IMG/VR virus record: IMGVR_UViG_3300046167_000884 | Coordinates: 56,009-120,008 of that record | Source: a virus | Reading direction: 5' to 3' (one strand) | Length of the DNA stretch: 64,000 nucleotides | Shown: positions 9,014 through 18,071 of the stretch, piece after piece | Layout of the letters: every line of letters begins with the position of its first letter | How positions within the stretch are numbered: the first letter of the stretch is position 1 | The notes under the pieces: generated by a model | Database searches by the model: none | Seen by the model: only the letters and a program-made list of their open reading frames with translations | What the model was told of the DNA's origin: nothing | Program-made: the position numbers and the translations under genes

Positions 9014-9051
9014 ATTCATAGCCTATCCGATTAGAAATAATTAAAGAGATC

Positions 9052-9078
9052 TGTGGCCTCCATTTGGAGGTCACATTT
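9052..9078 (+). terminator. Hairpin closing the cassette array
   Basis: TGTGGCCTCC-ATTT-GGAGGTCACA with one G-U pair, followed by TTT. Confidence 0.55.
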
Positions 9079-9094
9079 AAGTTTCGTATATTAA
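9063..9094 (+). promoter_or_regulatory. Bacteroidota sigma70-type promoter
   Basis: TTTG-N20-TATATTAA. Confidence 0.7.
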
Positions 9095-9116
9095 CGTGTT
9101 AAAAATAGAAGTATAG

Positions 9117-9272
9117 ATGGATATAGATAAAGAATTTTATTTAGTAAGAAAAAATGAAGGTAATTCATTTCAAAGATTAATGATGTTTTTTTTAGAACAA
9201 AACAAAAAACATGGTGCAGATTTCGGAGTAGCAGGAATGTATAATACTTTAAATAGATTTTATGGTGAGTAA
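9117..9272 (+). CDS. Small hypothetical protein (51 aa)
   Basis: Translated by hand (MDIDKEFYLVRKNEG...NRFYGE); follows the promoter and overlaps the next start. Confidence 0.45.
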   Translation: MDIDKEFYLVRKNEGNSFQRLMMFFLEQNKKHGADFGVAGMYNTLNRFYGE

Positions 9273-10569
9273 AAACGTAGTAATGATTGGAGCAGGTGTA
9301 GCAAATGTAAATGCTGCTACCAAGCTAGTTGACAATGGGTTTAAAGGTAAAATCACTATTATTGATATGGGTAAAGACCCATATTTAAGACCTTATGAAG
9401 AGGTAATGACAGGTTTCCTAGGAGCAGGAGGTTGGTCTGATGGTAAATTAACTTATCATACTTCAATTGGAGGGCAATTATCTAAATATTGTGGTGAAGA
9501 AAAAGCAATGGAATTATTTGATCAGGTGATAGATAATTTTAAACGATTCCATCCTAAACCAGAAGAGGTACAATGCTCAAATCCAGTTGCAGAACCAGAT
9601 TTTATTAAACCATATTTCGGTTTACGTTTATTCCCTGTATGGCACGTTGGTACAGATTATTTACATGAGATTGGTAAAAATTGGTATGATTTCTTAGTTG
9701 ATAATGGTGTAGAATTTATTTGGGAAACTAAAGTATATGCTATTGATTTTGTAAATGAAAGGGTATTAGGTAAATCATTAATTAAAGATTTAGAATATGA
9801 ACGTAGGTATGATAAACTCATATTTGGTGTAGGTAAATCAGGTATTGATTTTGGTAAACAATTAGCAGAGGAATATGATCTGCCAACTGAATCTAAACCA
9901 GTACAAATAGGTGTTAGATTTGAAGCACCACAAAAACACTTTCAAAAATTAATTGATGTAAGCTATGATTTCAAATTATATAGAAAATATGAAGACAAAG
10001 GCGTATCACTACGTTCATTCTGTACAAATAATAATGCAGCTTATGTTGCCGTTGAGGAAACATATGGAGATCACAGTTACAATGGACACGCTAAAAAAGA
10101 TGAAGCATTCCGAAATGATATGACCAATTTTGGTATATTAATGGAAGTACAAGGTATTGATAAACCATTTGATTGGTCAAGAGAAGTAGTTAAAAACTTA
10201 CAAATAGATGGTACAGGATTATATTATAGCCCAACACGTAAACCCTCTACAACATCTGAAGGTGTAAATGTATCAGCTATTCAAGTAGATACATTACATA
10301 AAATAGCAAAATCAATGCAACCATACTTTATGTATGTATATGATTTTATTGAGGACATGAAAAAAGTGTTTCCAACATTAAAAGACGATTGGGGTATTTA
10401 TGTACCTGAAGTAAAATATCTATCACCTGAGCCACTTGTCGATTATACCAATTTAGCACTCACCAAGTATCCTAACGTACACTTCGTAGGCGATGCTTTA
10501 TCAGCTAGAGGTATAACGGTAAGTGGTGCACAAGGGACATATGTTGCTGAATCACTTTTGGAGAACTAA
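9262..10569 (+). CDS. FAD/NAD(P)-dependent oxidoreductase (COG2509-like)
   Basis: VVMIGAGVAN Rossmann motif, GFLGAGGWSDGKL, QIGVRFEAP, FCTNN, C-terminal VGDALSARGITVSG. Confidence 0.8.
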   Translation: MVSKNVVMIGAGVANVNAATKLVDNGFKGKITIIDMGKDPYLRPYEEVMTGFLGAGGWSDGKLTYHTSIGGQLSKYCGEEKAMELFDQVIDNFKRFHPKPEEVQCSNPVAEPDFIKPYFGLRLFPVWHVGTDYLHEIGKNWYDFLVDNGVEFIWETKVYAIDFVNERVLGKSLIKDLEYERRYDKLIFGVGKSGIDFGKQLAEEYDLPTESKPVQIGVRFEAPQKHFQKLIDVSYDFKLYRKYEDKGVSLRSFCTNNNAAYVAVEETYGDHSYNGHAKKDEAFRNDMTNFGILMEVQGIDKPFDWSREVVKNLQIDGTGLYYSPTRKPSTTSEGVNVSAIQVDTLHKIAKSMQPYFMYVYDFIEDMKKVFPTLKDDWGIYVPEVKYLSPEPLVDYTNLALTKYPNVHFVGDALSARGITVSGAQGTYVAESLLEN

Positions 10570-10588
10570 AATAAATTTCGTATATTGA
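10557..10588 (+). promoter_or_regulatory. Bacteroidota sigma70-type promoter
   Basis: TTTG-N20-TATATTGA. Confidence 0.65.
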
Positions 10589-10603
10589 TATCAAATAAAA
10601 ATT

Positions 10604-10870
10604 ATGGCAAAATCAGAAAAAACACCGTTCCCACAAAGTAAAAAATTAAAAAAAGCAGATGGTACTATCGCTTATGTATGGGATAATAAACTCCACAATT
10701 GGGAGGGGCATGCTTTAATCCCTGAAGGTAAAGAAAAATTAGGTGAATATCATTTATATGGTATTAAACATACTAAAGAAGAATGGAGCGAAGCTAGAAA
10801 ACAAAGAGAAGGGTTACCTTATTATAAAAATCAATCAATGAAAGCACACCTTTCAGATTATAGAAATTAA
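10604..10870 (+). CDS. Hypothetical protein
   Basis: 88-aa ORF downstream of a promoter. Confidence 0.7.
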   Translation: MAKSEKTPFPQSKKLKKADGTIAYVWDNKLHNWEGHALIPEGKEKLGEYHLYGIKHTKEEWSEARKQREGLPYYKNQSMKAHLSDYRN

Positions 10871-10873
10871 GAT

Positions 10874-11404
10874 ATGAAAATAGGTTTATGTGGTACAATG
10901 AGTGTAGGTAAAACTACATTAGTAAATGCTTTAAAAGAAACAAAACAATTTAAAGATTATATGTTTAGAACAGAGCGTTCTAAATTTTTAATGGAGCAAG
11001 GTATTCCACTTAATACTGATTCTACATTAAAGGGCCAAACTGTATTTTTAGCTGAACGTTGTGCCGAATTAATCCAAACAGACATTATTACAGATAGAAC
11101 AGTTCTTGATGTTATGGCATTTACTTTAAATGCAAAATCAATAAACCATCAAGATAAAGAAGCATTTGAGACATATGCTAGTGAATTTGTTAGAGAATAT
11201 GATTATATTTTTTACATATCCCCTTATGGGATAGATATTGAAGATAATGGAGTACGTGAAACAGATGAACATTATAGAGATTTAATTGATTTTACTATTA
11301 CAACATTAATTAAAAGACATGGTCATAAAGCAGGTAAATTAGAAAAAATATCTGGATCTACAGAGGAACGTATTCAACAAATATTGAATATTACAGGCCT
11401 TTAA
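10874..11404 (+). CDS. P-loop nucleoside/nucleotide kinase (NadR-like AAA_28 type)
   Basis: KIGLCGTMSVGKTT Walker A, ITDRTVLD, YDYIFY, EDNGVR. Confidence 0.75.
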   Translation: MKIGLCGTMSVGKTTLVNALKETKQFKDYMFRTERSKFLMEQGIPLNTDSTLKGQTVFLAERCAELIQTDIITDRTVLDVMAFTLNAKSINHQDKEAFETYASEFVREYDYIFYISPYGIDIEDNGVRETDEHYRDLIDFTITTLIKRHGHKAGKLEKISGSTEERIQQILNITGL

Positions 11405-11405
11405 C

Positions 11406-11415
11406 ATATTTATAA
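11406..11415 (+). promoter_or_regulatory. ATATTTATAA putative late promoter
   Basis: Recurrent motif, 15 nt before the start at 11431. Confidence 0.6.
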
Positions 11416-11430
11416 TAAAACCTTATTATA

Positions 11431-12114
11431 ATGAAAAAATCTGAATTAAAAAATTATATTAGAGAAAATATTATCTCTACATTATCTGAAGATACTGAGG
11501 CAGAAATTGAAAAAACTAAAGAATTAACTTCAGCAATTAAAGATCTTGAAGCTGCTAAAAAAGAAGCTGGTATAGAAGAAGATGCAACCCCTAAAGGTGA
11601 AGATTTTTTTTATGATTATTTAGATATTGGTATGTCTTATTTAGAAGGATTTGGTAAAAAACATTCTTTAGATGACAGTCAGTTAGAAAAACTAGGTAAA
11701 AAAATAGTAGATCAATTATATAAAGGTGATGTTGGTAAAGCATATGATGCTATTGTTAAAAGGGGCTCAATGAAAGAAGCATCATACTCTAATCAATATG
11801 TAAATAAAAATAGGATTGCAAGTAATAAGTATAAACAAGCTAATACTTACAAAAAATCATATGATAGTCTTGCCCAAGTGGCATCAGAAAAACAATTTGA
11901 TGATGATAACATAGATAAAAAAGCTGTTAAAGGGGCTAAAAAAAATAAAGGTTTAGCTAAAGCAGCTGAAGAATTAGCTTTATTAACTCGTGATATGAAA
12001 TCATTGGCTAAAAAGTATTCCAAAGCTGAAGGTGAAGAAAAAGAAAAACTAGTAGCTGATCTTAAGAAAAAAACAAAACTTAAGAAAGAATTAGAAGCTA
12101 TTATAGACAAATAA
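11431..12114 (+). CDS. Charged helical protein, putative internal head protein
   Basis: Leader-like MKKSELKNYIRE; internal LSE/IEE/MKE. Confidence 0.55.
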   Translation: MKKSELKNYIRENIISTLSEDTEAEIEKTKELTSAIKDLEAAKKEAGIEEDATPKGEDFFYDYLDIGMSYLEGFGKKHSLDDSQLEKLGKKIVDQLYKGDVGKAYDAIVKRGSMKEASYSNQYVNKNRIASNKYKQANTYKKSYDSLAQVASEKQFDDDNIDKKAVKGAKKNKGLAKAAEELALLTRDMKSLAKKYSKAEGEEKEKLVADLKKKTKLKKELEAIIDK

Positions 12115-12116
12115 AA

Positions 12117-12500
12117 ATGGAGTCTAAAGAAAGGGTTATTTACATATTAAAAATTATAGTACTATTCTGTATAATATTTTGGTTATTATTTTCAGATGAG
12201 GAAGAGTATGTTGAAGATTATAATGCTAAAATAGTAGCATTAGGACAAAAAGTTGATTCGTTGCATCATATAAATAACGAATTGACTTTTAAAATCGATA
12301 CCTTAAATGGACAAATAACACAATTAGACCAACAAATAAATCTTAAAGATAACAGAATAAATAGCTTAAAATATGAAATTAGTACTAAAGTGGATGCTGT
12401 TGATAACTTTAATGATGATGAGCTTGAAAGGTTTTTCACAGAACGTTACAGACAGTACATCGATTCAGTTAAAAAAACCGATAGCAAAGTTAGTAATTAA
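12117..12500 (+). CDS. Membrane-anchored coiled-coil protein (inner-spanin-like)
   Basis: N-terminal TM helix VIYILKIIVLFCIIFWLLF followed by heptad-rich region. Confidence 0.5.
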   Translation: MESKERVIYILKIIVLFCIIFWLLFSDEEEYVEDYNAKIVALGQKVDSLHHINNELTFKIDTLNGQITQLDQQINLKDNRINSLKYEISTKVDAVDNFNDDELERFFTERYRQYIDSVKKTDSKVSN

Positions 12501-12787
12501 AGATTTAATTACGGGTGATGGGAGCTAAAAAAGAGTTAGCTTTAACATTAGATAAAATTAATTTTTTAGAACAAAAAATAGTTCTAAAAGATAGTATTAT
12601 TTTTAGTTTAAATACCCAAGTAGGGAATTTTGAATCTATTATGCTTACTAAAAGTGACCAATTAGCTTTATCCCAAAAATTATCTAAAAGACTTCAAACC
12701 GATTTAAAAAAGCAAAAATTAAAAACTAAATTAATGGGTGGTGCTGGTTTAGTGGCTATTGCTGGGGTAATTCTTATATTAAAATAA
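12373..12787 (+). CDS. Overlapping signal-peptide/coiled-coil protein with C-terminal TM helix (extra G near 12517)
   Basis: Hand translation MKLVLKWMLLITLMMMSLKGFSQ...KDLITGDG joins ORF 12515 (GAKKE...) if one G of GATGGGAGCT is removed. Confidence 0.5.
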
Positions 12788-12790
12788 TAT

Positions 12791-14362
12791 ATGTCTGATT
12801 TAAAAAAAGTAATACGCCAAGAATATCTAAAATGTGCTCAAGACCCAGTACATTTTATGCGTAAATACTGTTATATACAGCACCCACAACGTGGTCGCAT
12901 ACAATTTAATCTATACCCATTTCAAGAAAAAGTATTAACGTTAATGCGCGATAATCCATATTCGATTATCTTAAAATCTAGACAGTTAGGGATATCAACA
13001 TTATCAGCAGGTTATTCTTTATGGTTAATGGTATTCCACAAAGACAAAAACATACTTTGTATAGCGACAAAGCAGGAAACTGCTAAAAACATGGTTACAA
13101 AGGTAAAATTTATGTATGAAAATTTACCTTCATGGCTTAAAGTAGATGCAGCTGAAAATAACAAATTAACACTAAGATTAGTAAATGGGTCCCAAATAAA
13201 AGCCACATCAGCATCAAGTGATGCAGGTAGATCAGAAGCAGTATCCTTACTACTAATTGATGAGGCAGCATTTATTGATAACATTGGAGAGATTTGGGCC
13301 TCAGCACAACAAACATTAGCAACTGGTGGTGGGTGTATAGCATTATCTACACCTTATGGTACTGGTAACTGGTTTCATCAAACATGGGTTAGAGCTGAAT
13401 CAAGTGAAAATCAATTCTTACCTATTAAATTACCTTGGTACGTTCACCCTGAACGAGATCAAAAATGGAGAGACCAACAAGATGAATTATTAGGTGATCC
13501 TAGAATGGCGGCCCAAGAATGTGACTGCGATTTTAGTACTTCAGGTGATATTGTATTTTATCCTGAATATATAGACTTTTATGAAAAAACATATGTAAAA
13601 GATCCTATGGAAAGAAGGGGTGCGGATCAAAATTTATGGGTTTGGGAATCACCTGATTATACAAGAGATTATGTTATAGTAGCTGATGTAGCTCGTGGAG
13701 ATGGAAAAGATTACTCAGCATGCCATGTAATTGATGTTGCAAGTAATACACAAGTTGCTGAATATAAAGGTCAATTAGGTACAAAAGAATATGGTCATTT
13801 ATTAGTTGGACTAGCAACTGAATATAATGAAGCAATGTTAGTAATAGAAAACGCTAATATAGGATGGGCAACAATACAAGTAGCTTTAGATAGACAATAT
13901 CCTAACCTTTACTATTCACAACGGAGTGACTCCCCAAATGCTAGTTCGTATTTTGATAAATATCAAGACCACTCCAAAATGGTAGCTGGTTTTACAATGT
14001 CTTCTAGAACAAGACCTATGGTAATAGGCAAATTCCAGGAGTATATTAGTGATAAAGGAGTAACAATTCAATCAAAAAGGTTGATAGAAGAAATGAAAAC
14101 CTTTATATGGAAAAATAATAGAGCAGAAGCCCAAAGTGGGTACAATGATGATTTAGTAATGTCCTTTGGAATTGCTATGTATATTAGAGACACTGCTTTA
14201 AGATTAAGACAACAAGGGTTAGAAGCAACTAAAAACTCTTTAAATAATATGACTGTAAATAGAACAGCATATCAAGGTAGTTATGGTTTTTCAAAAGGAG
14301 CAGATAATCCTTACCATATTGATACTAAAGATGGTAAAGAGGATATTAGGTGGCTTCTATAG
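12791..14362 (+). CDS. Terminase large subunit (T4 gp17-like)
   Basis: KSRQLGIST Walker A region, LLLIDEAAFI Walker B, STPYG, nuclease DVARGDGKDYS and NDDLVM. Confidence 0.95.
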   Translation: MSDLKKVIRQEYLKCAQDPVHFMRKYCYIQHPQRGRIQFNLYPFQEKVLTLMRDNPYSIILKSRQLGISTLSAGYSLWLMVFHKDKNILCIATKQETAKNMVTKVKFMYENLPSWLKVDAAENNKLTLRLVNGSQIKATSASSDAGRSEAVSLLLIDEAAFIDNIGEIWASAQQTLATGGGCIALSTPYGTGNWFHQTWVRAESSENQFLPIKLPWYVHPERDQKWRDQQDELLGDPRMAAQECDCDFSTSGDIVFYPEYIDFYEKTYVKDPMERRGADQNLWVWESPDYTRDYVIVADVARGDGKDYSACHVIDVASNTQVAEYKGQLGTKEYGHLLVGLATEYNEAMLVIENANIGWATIQVALDRQYPNLYYSQRSDSPNASSYFDKYQDHSKMVAGFTMSSRTRPMVIGKFQEYISDKGVTIQSKRLIEEMKTFIWKNNRAEAQSGYNDDLVMSFGIAMYIRDTALRLRQQGLEATKNSLNNMTVNRTAYQGSYGFSKGADNPYHIDTKDGKEDIRWLL

Positions 14363-14364
14363 TA

Positions 14365-14374
14365 ATATTTATAA
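14365..14374 (+). promoter_or_regulatory. ATATTTATAA putative late promoter
   Basis: Upstream of portal. Confidence 0.6.
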
Positions 14375-14389
14375 TAATAATAACAAATT

Positions 14390-16309
14390 ATGGCTGATAA
14401 AAGCGTATTTTCAAGATTAAAAAGATTATTTTCAACTGATGTAATTATCAGGAATGTAGGGGGTAACCAAATAAAAACCGTTGATTCAGGTCACATCCAA
14501 TCTAGTGGGGAATATGAAACTAATTCGTTAGTTGATAGATATAATAGAATTTATTCTACTGCCCCTTCTTCATTATATGGTGCCCAATTTAACTTAAATT
14601 ACCAATATTTACGTACCATGATCTATTCAGAATATGATGTGATGGATCAAGATGCAATTATTGCTTCTGCCTTAGATATTTTAGCAGATGAATCTACTCT
14701 AAAAAACGATATGGGGGAGGTTCTTTCAATTAGGAGTGCTAATGAAGATATTCAAAATATATTATACAACCTATTTTATGATGTATTAAATATTGAATTT
14801 AATATGTGGATGTGGATTCGTCAAATGTGTAAATATGGTGACTTTTTCTTAAAACTAGAAATAGCTGAAAAATTTGGGGTATATAATGTTATACCTTATA
14901 CAGCTTATCATATGGAAAGACAAGAGGGGTATAATGAAGAAAACCCACAAGAAATTAGATACATTTACAACCCAGAAGGATTTGTAGGAGGAGGAACCAG
15001 CAGCTCAGGTTATTATACAGTAAATCAAAATCCAGATAATACAACAGGAATTGTATTTGACAACTATGAAATGGCTCATTTTAGATTAGTAGGTGATGTT
15101 AATTATCTTCCTTATGGTAGAGCTTACATAGAACCCGCTAGAAAGTTATTTAAGCAATATACCTTAATGGAGGATGCAATGTTAATTCATAGAATTGCTC
15201 GTGCCCCAGAAAAACGTATTTTTTATGTAAATGTAGGAGCCATTCCCCCTAATGAAATAGAAACATTTATGCAAAAAACTATTTCAAGTATGAAACGTAC
15301 CCCGTTTATGGATGAAAAAACAGGAGAATATAATTTAAAATATAACATGCAAAATATGTTAGAAGATTTTTATATCCCTGTTCGTGGTAATGATAATACT
15401 ACTAAAATAGATACTACCCCAGGATTACAATATGATGGTATTCAAGATGTAGAATATTTAAGAGGTAAACTATTTGCAGCTCTTAAAATTCCAAAAGCAT
15501 TTTTAGGGTATGAAGAAGGTTTAGAAGGTAAAGCTACATTAGCGCAACAAGATATTAGATTTGCTCGTACCATTGATAGAATCCAAAGAATTATATTATC
15601 GGAGCTAAATAAAATTGCTTTAGTTCACTTATATACTCAAGGGTATACAGATGAAACATTAACAAACTTTACATTAAACATGACTACTCCTTCGATCATA
15701 TATGATCAGGAAAGAATTGAGTTAATGAAATCAAAAGCCGAATTATCTGCTACTTTACTAGAACAAGGTTTAGTACCATCTGATTGGATTTATGATAATA
15801 TTTACCACTTTAGTGAAGACCAATATGATGAGTATAGAGATCTAGTTAGAGAAGATGCTAAACGTAAATTTAGAATAGCACAAATTGAAGCAGAAGGAAA
15901 TGATCCCGTTGAAACAGGTAAATCATATGGTACCCCTCATGATTTAGCTTCATTATATGGTAAAGGAAGAATGTATAATGATCCAGGGAATGTCCCAGAC
16001 CCAGAAAAGTATGCGGCTGATGATCCTAAACTAGGTAGACCAAAGGATACCAATGTTAAACGTAATACACAAGACGATAATTTTGGTAAAGATAGATTAG
16101 GAACTAAACGCATGAAAGATAAAGATAAAAATGATTCTAATGCTATCCGTCCTAAATTTAAAGGTGGTAGTCCACTAGCTCTTGAAAGTGCTAAAACTGT
16201 TTTCTTAAAAAACAAAGATATTTTTAAAAAAATGACCCAAAAGAAATTAATTTTTGAGGAAGATAAGGATACATCTTCATTATTAGATGAAAACCAATTA
16301 AAGAAGTAA
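14390..16309 (+). CDS. Portal protein (T4 gp20-like)
   Basis: EDAMLIHRIARAPEKRIFYVNVG, MLEDFYIPVRG, QDIRFARTIDRIQ. Confidence 0.93.
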   Translation: MADKSVFSRLKRLFSTDVIIRNVGGNQIKTVDSGHIQSSGEYETNSLVDRYNRIYSTAPSSLYGAQFNLNYQYLRTMIYSEYDVMDQDAIIASALDILADESTLKNDMGEVLSIRSANEDIQNILYNLFYDVLNIEFNMWMWIRQMCKYGDFFLKLEIAEKFGVYNVIPYTAYHMERQEGYNEENPQEIRYIYNPEGFVGGGTSSSGYYTVNQNPDNTTGIVFDNYEMAHFRLVGDVNYLPYGRAYIEPARKLFKQYTLMEDAMLIHRIARAPEKRIFYVNVGAIPPNEIETFMQKTISSMKRTPFMDEKTGEYNLKYNMQNMLEDFYIPVRGNDNTTKIDTTPGLQYDGIQDVEYLRGKLFAALKIPKAFLGYEEGLEGKATLAQQDIRFARTIDRIQRIILSELNKIALVHLYTQGYTDETLTNFTLNMTTPSIIYDQERIELMKSKAELSATLLEQGLVPSDWIYDNIYHFSEDQYDEYRDLVREDAKRKFRIAQIEAEGNDPVETGKSYGTPHDLASLYGKGRMYNDPGNVPDPEKYAADDPKLGRPKDTNVKRNTQDDNFGKDRLGTKRMKDKDKNDSNAIRPKFKGGSPLALESAKTVFLKNKDIFKKMTQKKLIFEEDKDTSSLLDENQLKK

Positions 16310-16342
16310 AAAATTTTACATATTTATAAATAAATATATTTT

Positions 16343-17209
16343 TTGATGAAGATAAAACATTCAAAGTACAAAAACACAGGCATATTATTTGAACTGTTAG
16401 TACGACAAATTACCGCTGATACACTTAAAGGTGGTAGTTCACCCGCTATAGATATATTAAAAGAATATTTTGTTAATACTTCTTTAGGCAAAGAATACAA
16501 ATTGTATGAATCTGTACTTAAATCTAAGGTAATAACTGAAGGTAGAGCTACATTAGTTATTGATACTATATTAGAGGCATCTACTAAATTTAATAGAAAA
16601 TCTTTAAAAAAGCAAAAATATAATTTAATTAATGAAATTAAAAAACATTATAATTTAGAATCTTTTTTTGGTTCTAAAATTACAAATTATAAAGAATTAG
16701 CTGCTTTATATACTTTAATAGAAAATGTTAATTCTAACTCAATTTCTAACCCAACCCAATTAGTAGATAATAAAGTAACTTTATTAGAACATTTAACAAA
16801 AAAAGAGGTATCAACAAACTCCAAAGAATCAGTACTTAAAGAATTTTCTACATATGATAAAGATGTAAGAACTTTAACTTACAAAGTATTATTAGAAAAA
16901 TTTAATGATAAGTATGATACTTTAACTAATGATCAAAAACAAGTCCTTAAAGAATATATCAATTCTGTAGATTCAACTCCAGATTTAAGAAATTTTTATA
17001 ATGTTAAAATTATTGAGTTAAAATCAATTTTAAATAAAGAATCTAAAAATATAAAAGATAAAGCAACTCAAATCAAAATTACTGAAGTAGCTAAATTTTT
17101 AACTGAATTAAAAAAGACTGATAAAGTTGGAGACAACAATTTAGTTGATTTGTTACGTTATTATCAATTAATAAGCGAAATTCAAATAGCAAATGGCGTT
17201 CAAGTATAA
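16343..17209 (+). CDS. Conserved head-region protein
   Basis: Follows portal; ATATTTATAA at 16320-16329; helical and K-rich. Confidence 0.7.
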   Translation: MMKIKHSKYKNTGILFELLVRQITADTLKGGSSPAIDILKEYFVNTSLGKEYKLYESVLKSKVITEGRATLVIDTILEASTKFNRKSLKKQKYNLINEIKKHYNLESFFGSKITNYKELAALYTLIENVNSNSISNPTQLVDNKVTLLEHLTKKEVSTNSKESVLKEFSTYDKDVRTLTYKVLLEKFNDKYDTLTNDQKQVLKEYINSVDSTPDLRNFYNVKIIELKSILNKESKNIKDKATQIKITEVAKFLTELKKTDKVGDNNLVDLLRYYQLISEIQIANGVQV

Positions 17210-17828
17210 ACTTAAAGAGGCACCTTCCCCTAACCTAGCCCAACAAACAGGAGCTAAAATAGGTGATGTATCCTATTCTAAAGATGGAGATACTAAATTT
17301 GTAGTTAATTCTATAGATAAAGAAACAGGACAAATAGGATGGGAAGTAATTGAACTCCCAGCATTTGATAAATTAAATGATGATGTTGATGAATTAGTTT
17401 CTACAGCTAAAGGAGTTTATACTAAAACTAAGAATGATGAAAAGTTTAGAGAAATATATGAAGAAGCTAGACTTTTAAGAAACAAAATCAGAAAACATCT
17501 TCGTAACGAGTACCCAGACGAGTATAAAAGAATGACTATGGAAGGGGAAATTGAAGAAATGTCTACTACAGGAGGTGGAGCTGGGTCATCTAGTTTTACT
17601 AGTGGTACAGGAATGCAGTATGCTACACCCTATGCTTTTAAAAAAAAGAAAAAAAAAATTAAAAAAGAAGGAGTTGGGGCAACATTAGGTCCTGGTCCTA
17701 AGGCAACAGAGGATGGAGTTAAAGATAATGCATATGTAAAACAATTTAAATATAAGTTAGTTCCTAAAACAAAAGATGGTACTTATGTACAGAAAGGTTC
17801 AGGACTCGAAGTAAATAAATTATTTTAA
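17193..17828 (+). CDS. Hypothetical head-region protein
   Basis: Overlaps the previous stop; IEEMSTTGG...YATPYAF segment. Confidence 0.65.
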   Translation: MAFKYKLKEAPSPNLAQQTGAKIGDVSYSKDGDTKFVVNSIDKETGQIGWEVIELPAFDKLNDDVDELVSTAKGVYTKTKNDEKFREIYEEARLLRNKIRKHLRNEYPDEYKRMTMEGEIEEMSTTGGGAGSSSFTSGTGMQYATPYAFKKKKKKIKKEGVGATLGPGPKATEDGVKDNAYVKQFKYKLVPKTKDGTYVQKGSGLEVNKLF

Positions 17829-17829
17829 T

Positions 17830-18063
17830 ATGTATAATCGTAATATAAAAGAAAACGAAAACAAAGCATCTAAATTCCATGAGGAACGTATAGAAGCTTT
17901 TGATAAATTAGAAGCTAGATTTGAAGATATTAAAAAAGCAATCAAACTAGGTAAAATAGAAACAATAAAATATTATAGAGATAATCCTAATAGTTTTAGT
18001 GTTGTAATAGGCACAGATATGATTAACGATTATTTTAACGACATTGAAACATTATTACAATAA
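17830..18063 (+). CDS. Hypothetical protein
   Basis: 77-aa ORF in the head operon. Confidence 0.6.
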   Translation: MYNRNIKENENKASKFHEERIEAFDKLEARFEDIKKAIKLGKIETIKYYRDNPNSFSVVIGTDMINDYFNDIETLLQ

Positions 18064-18071
18064 ACAAAAAT

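Noticed and set aside
9008-9028. Inverted repeat GGATAG-N9-CTATCC in the terminal leader remnant
   Set aside because: Only a 6-bp stem, one of whose G bases may be an insertion error; too weak to call a regulatory element.
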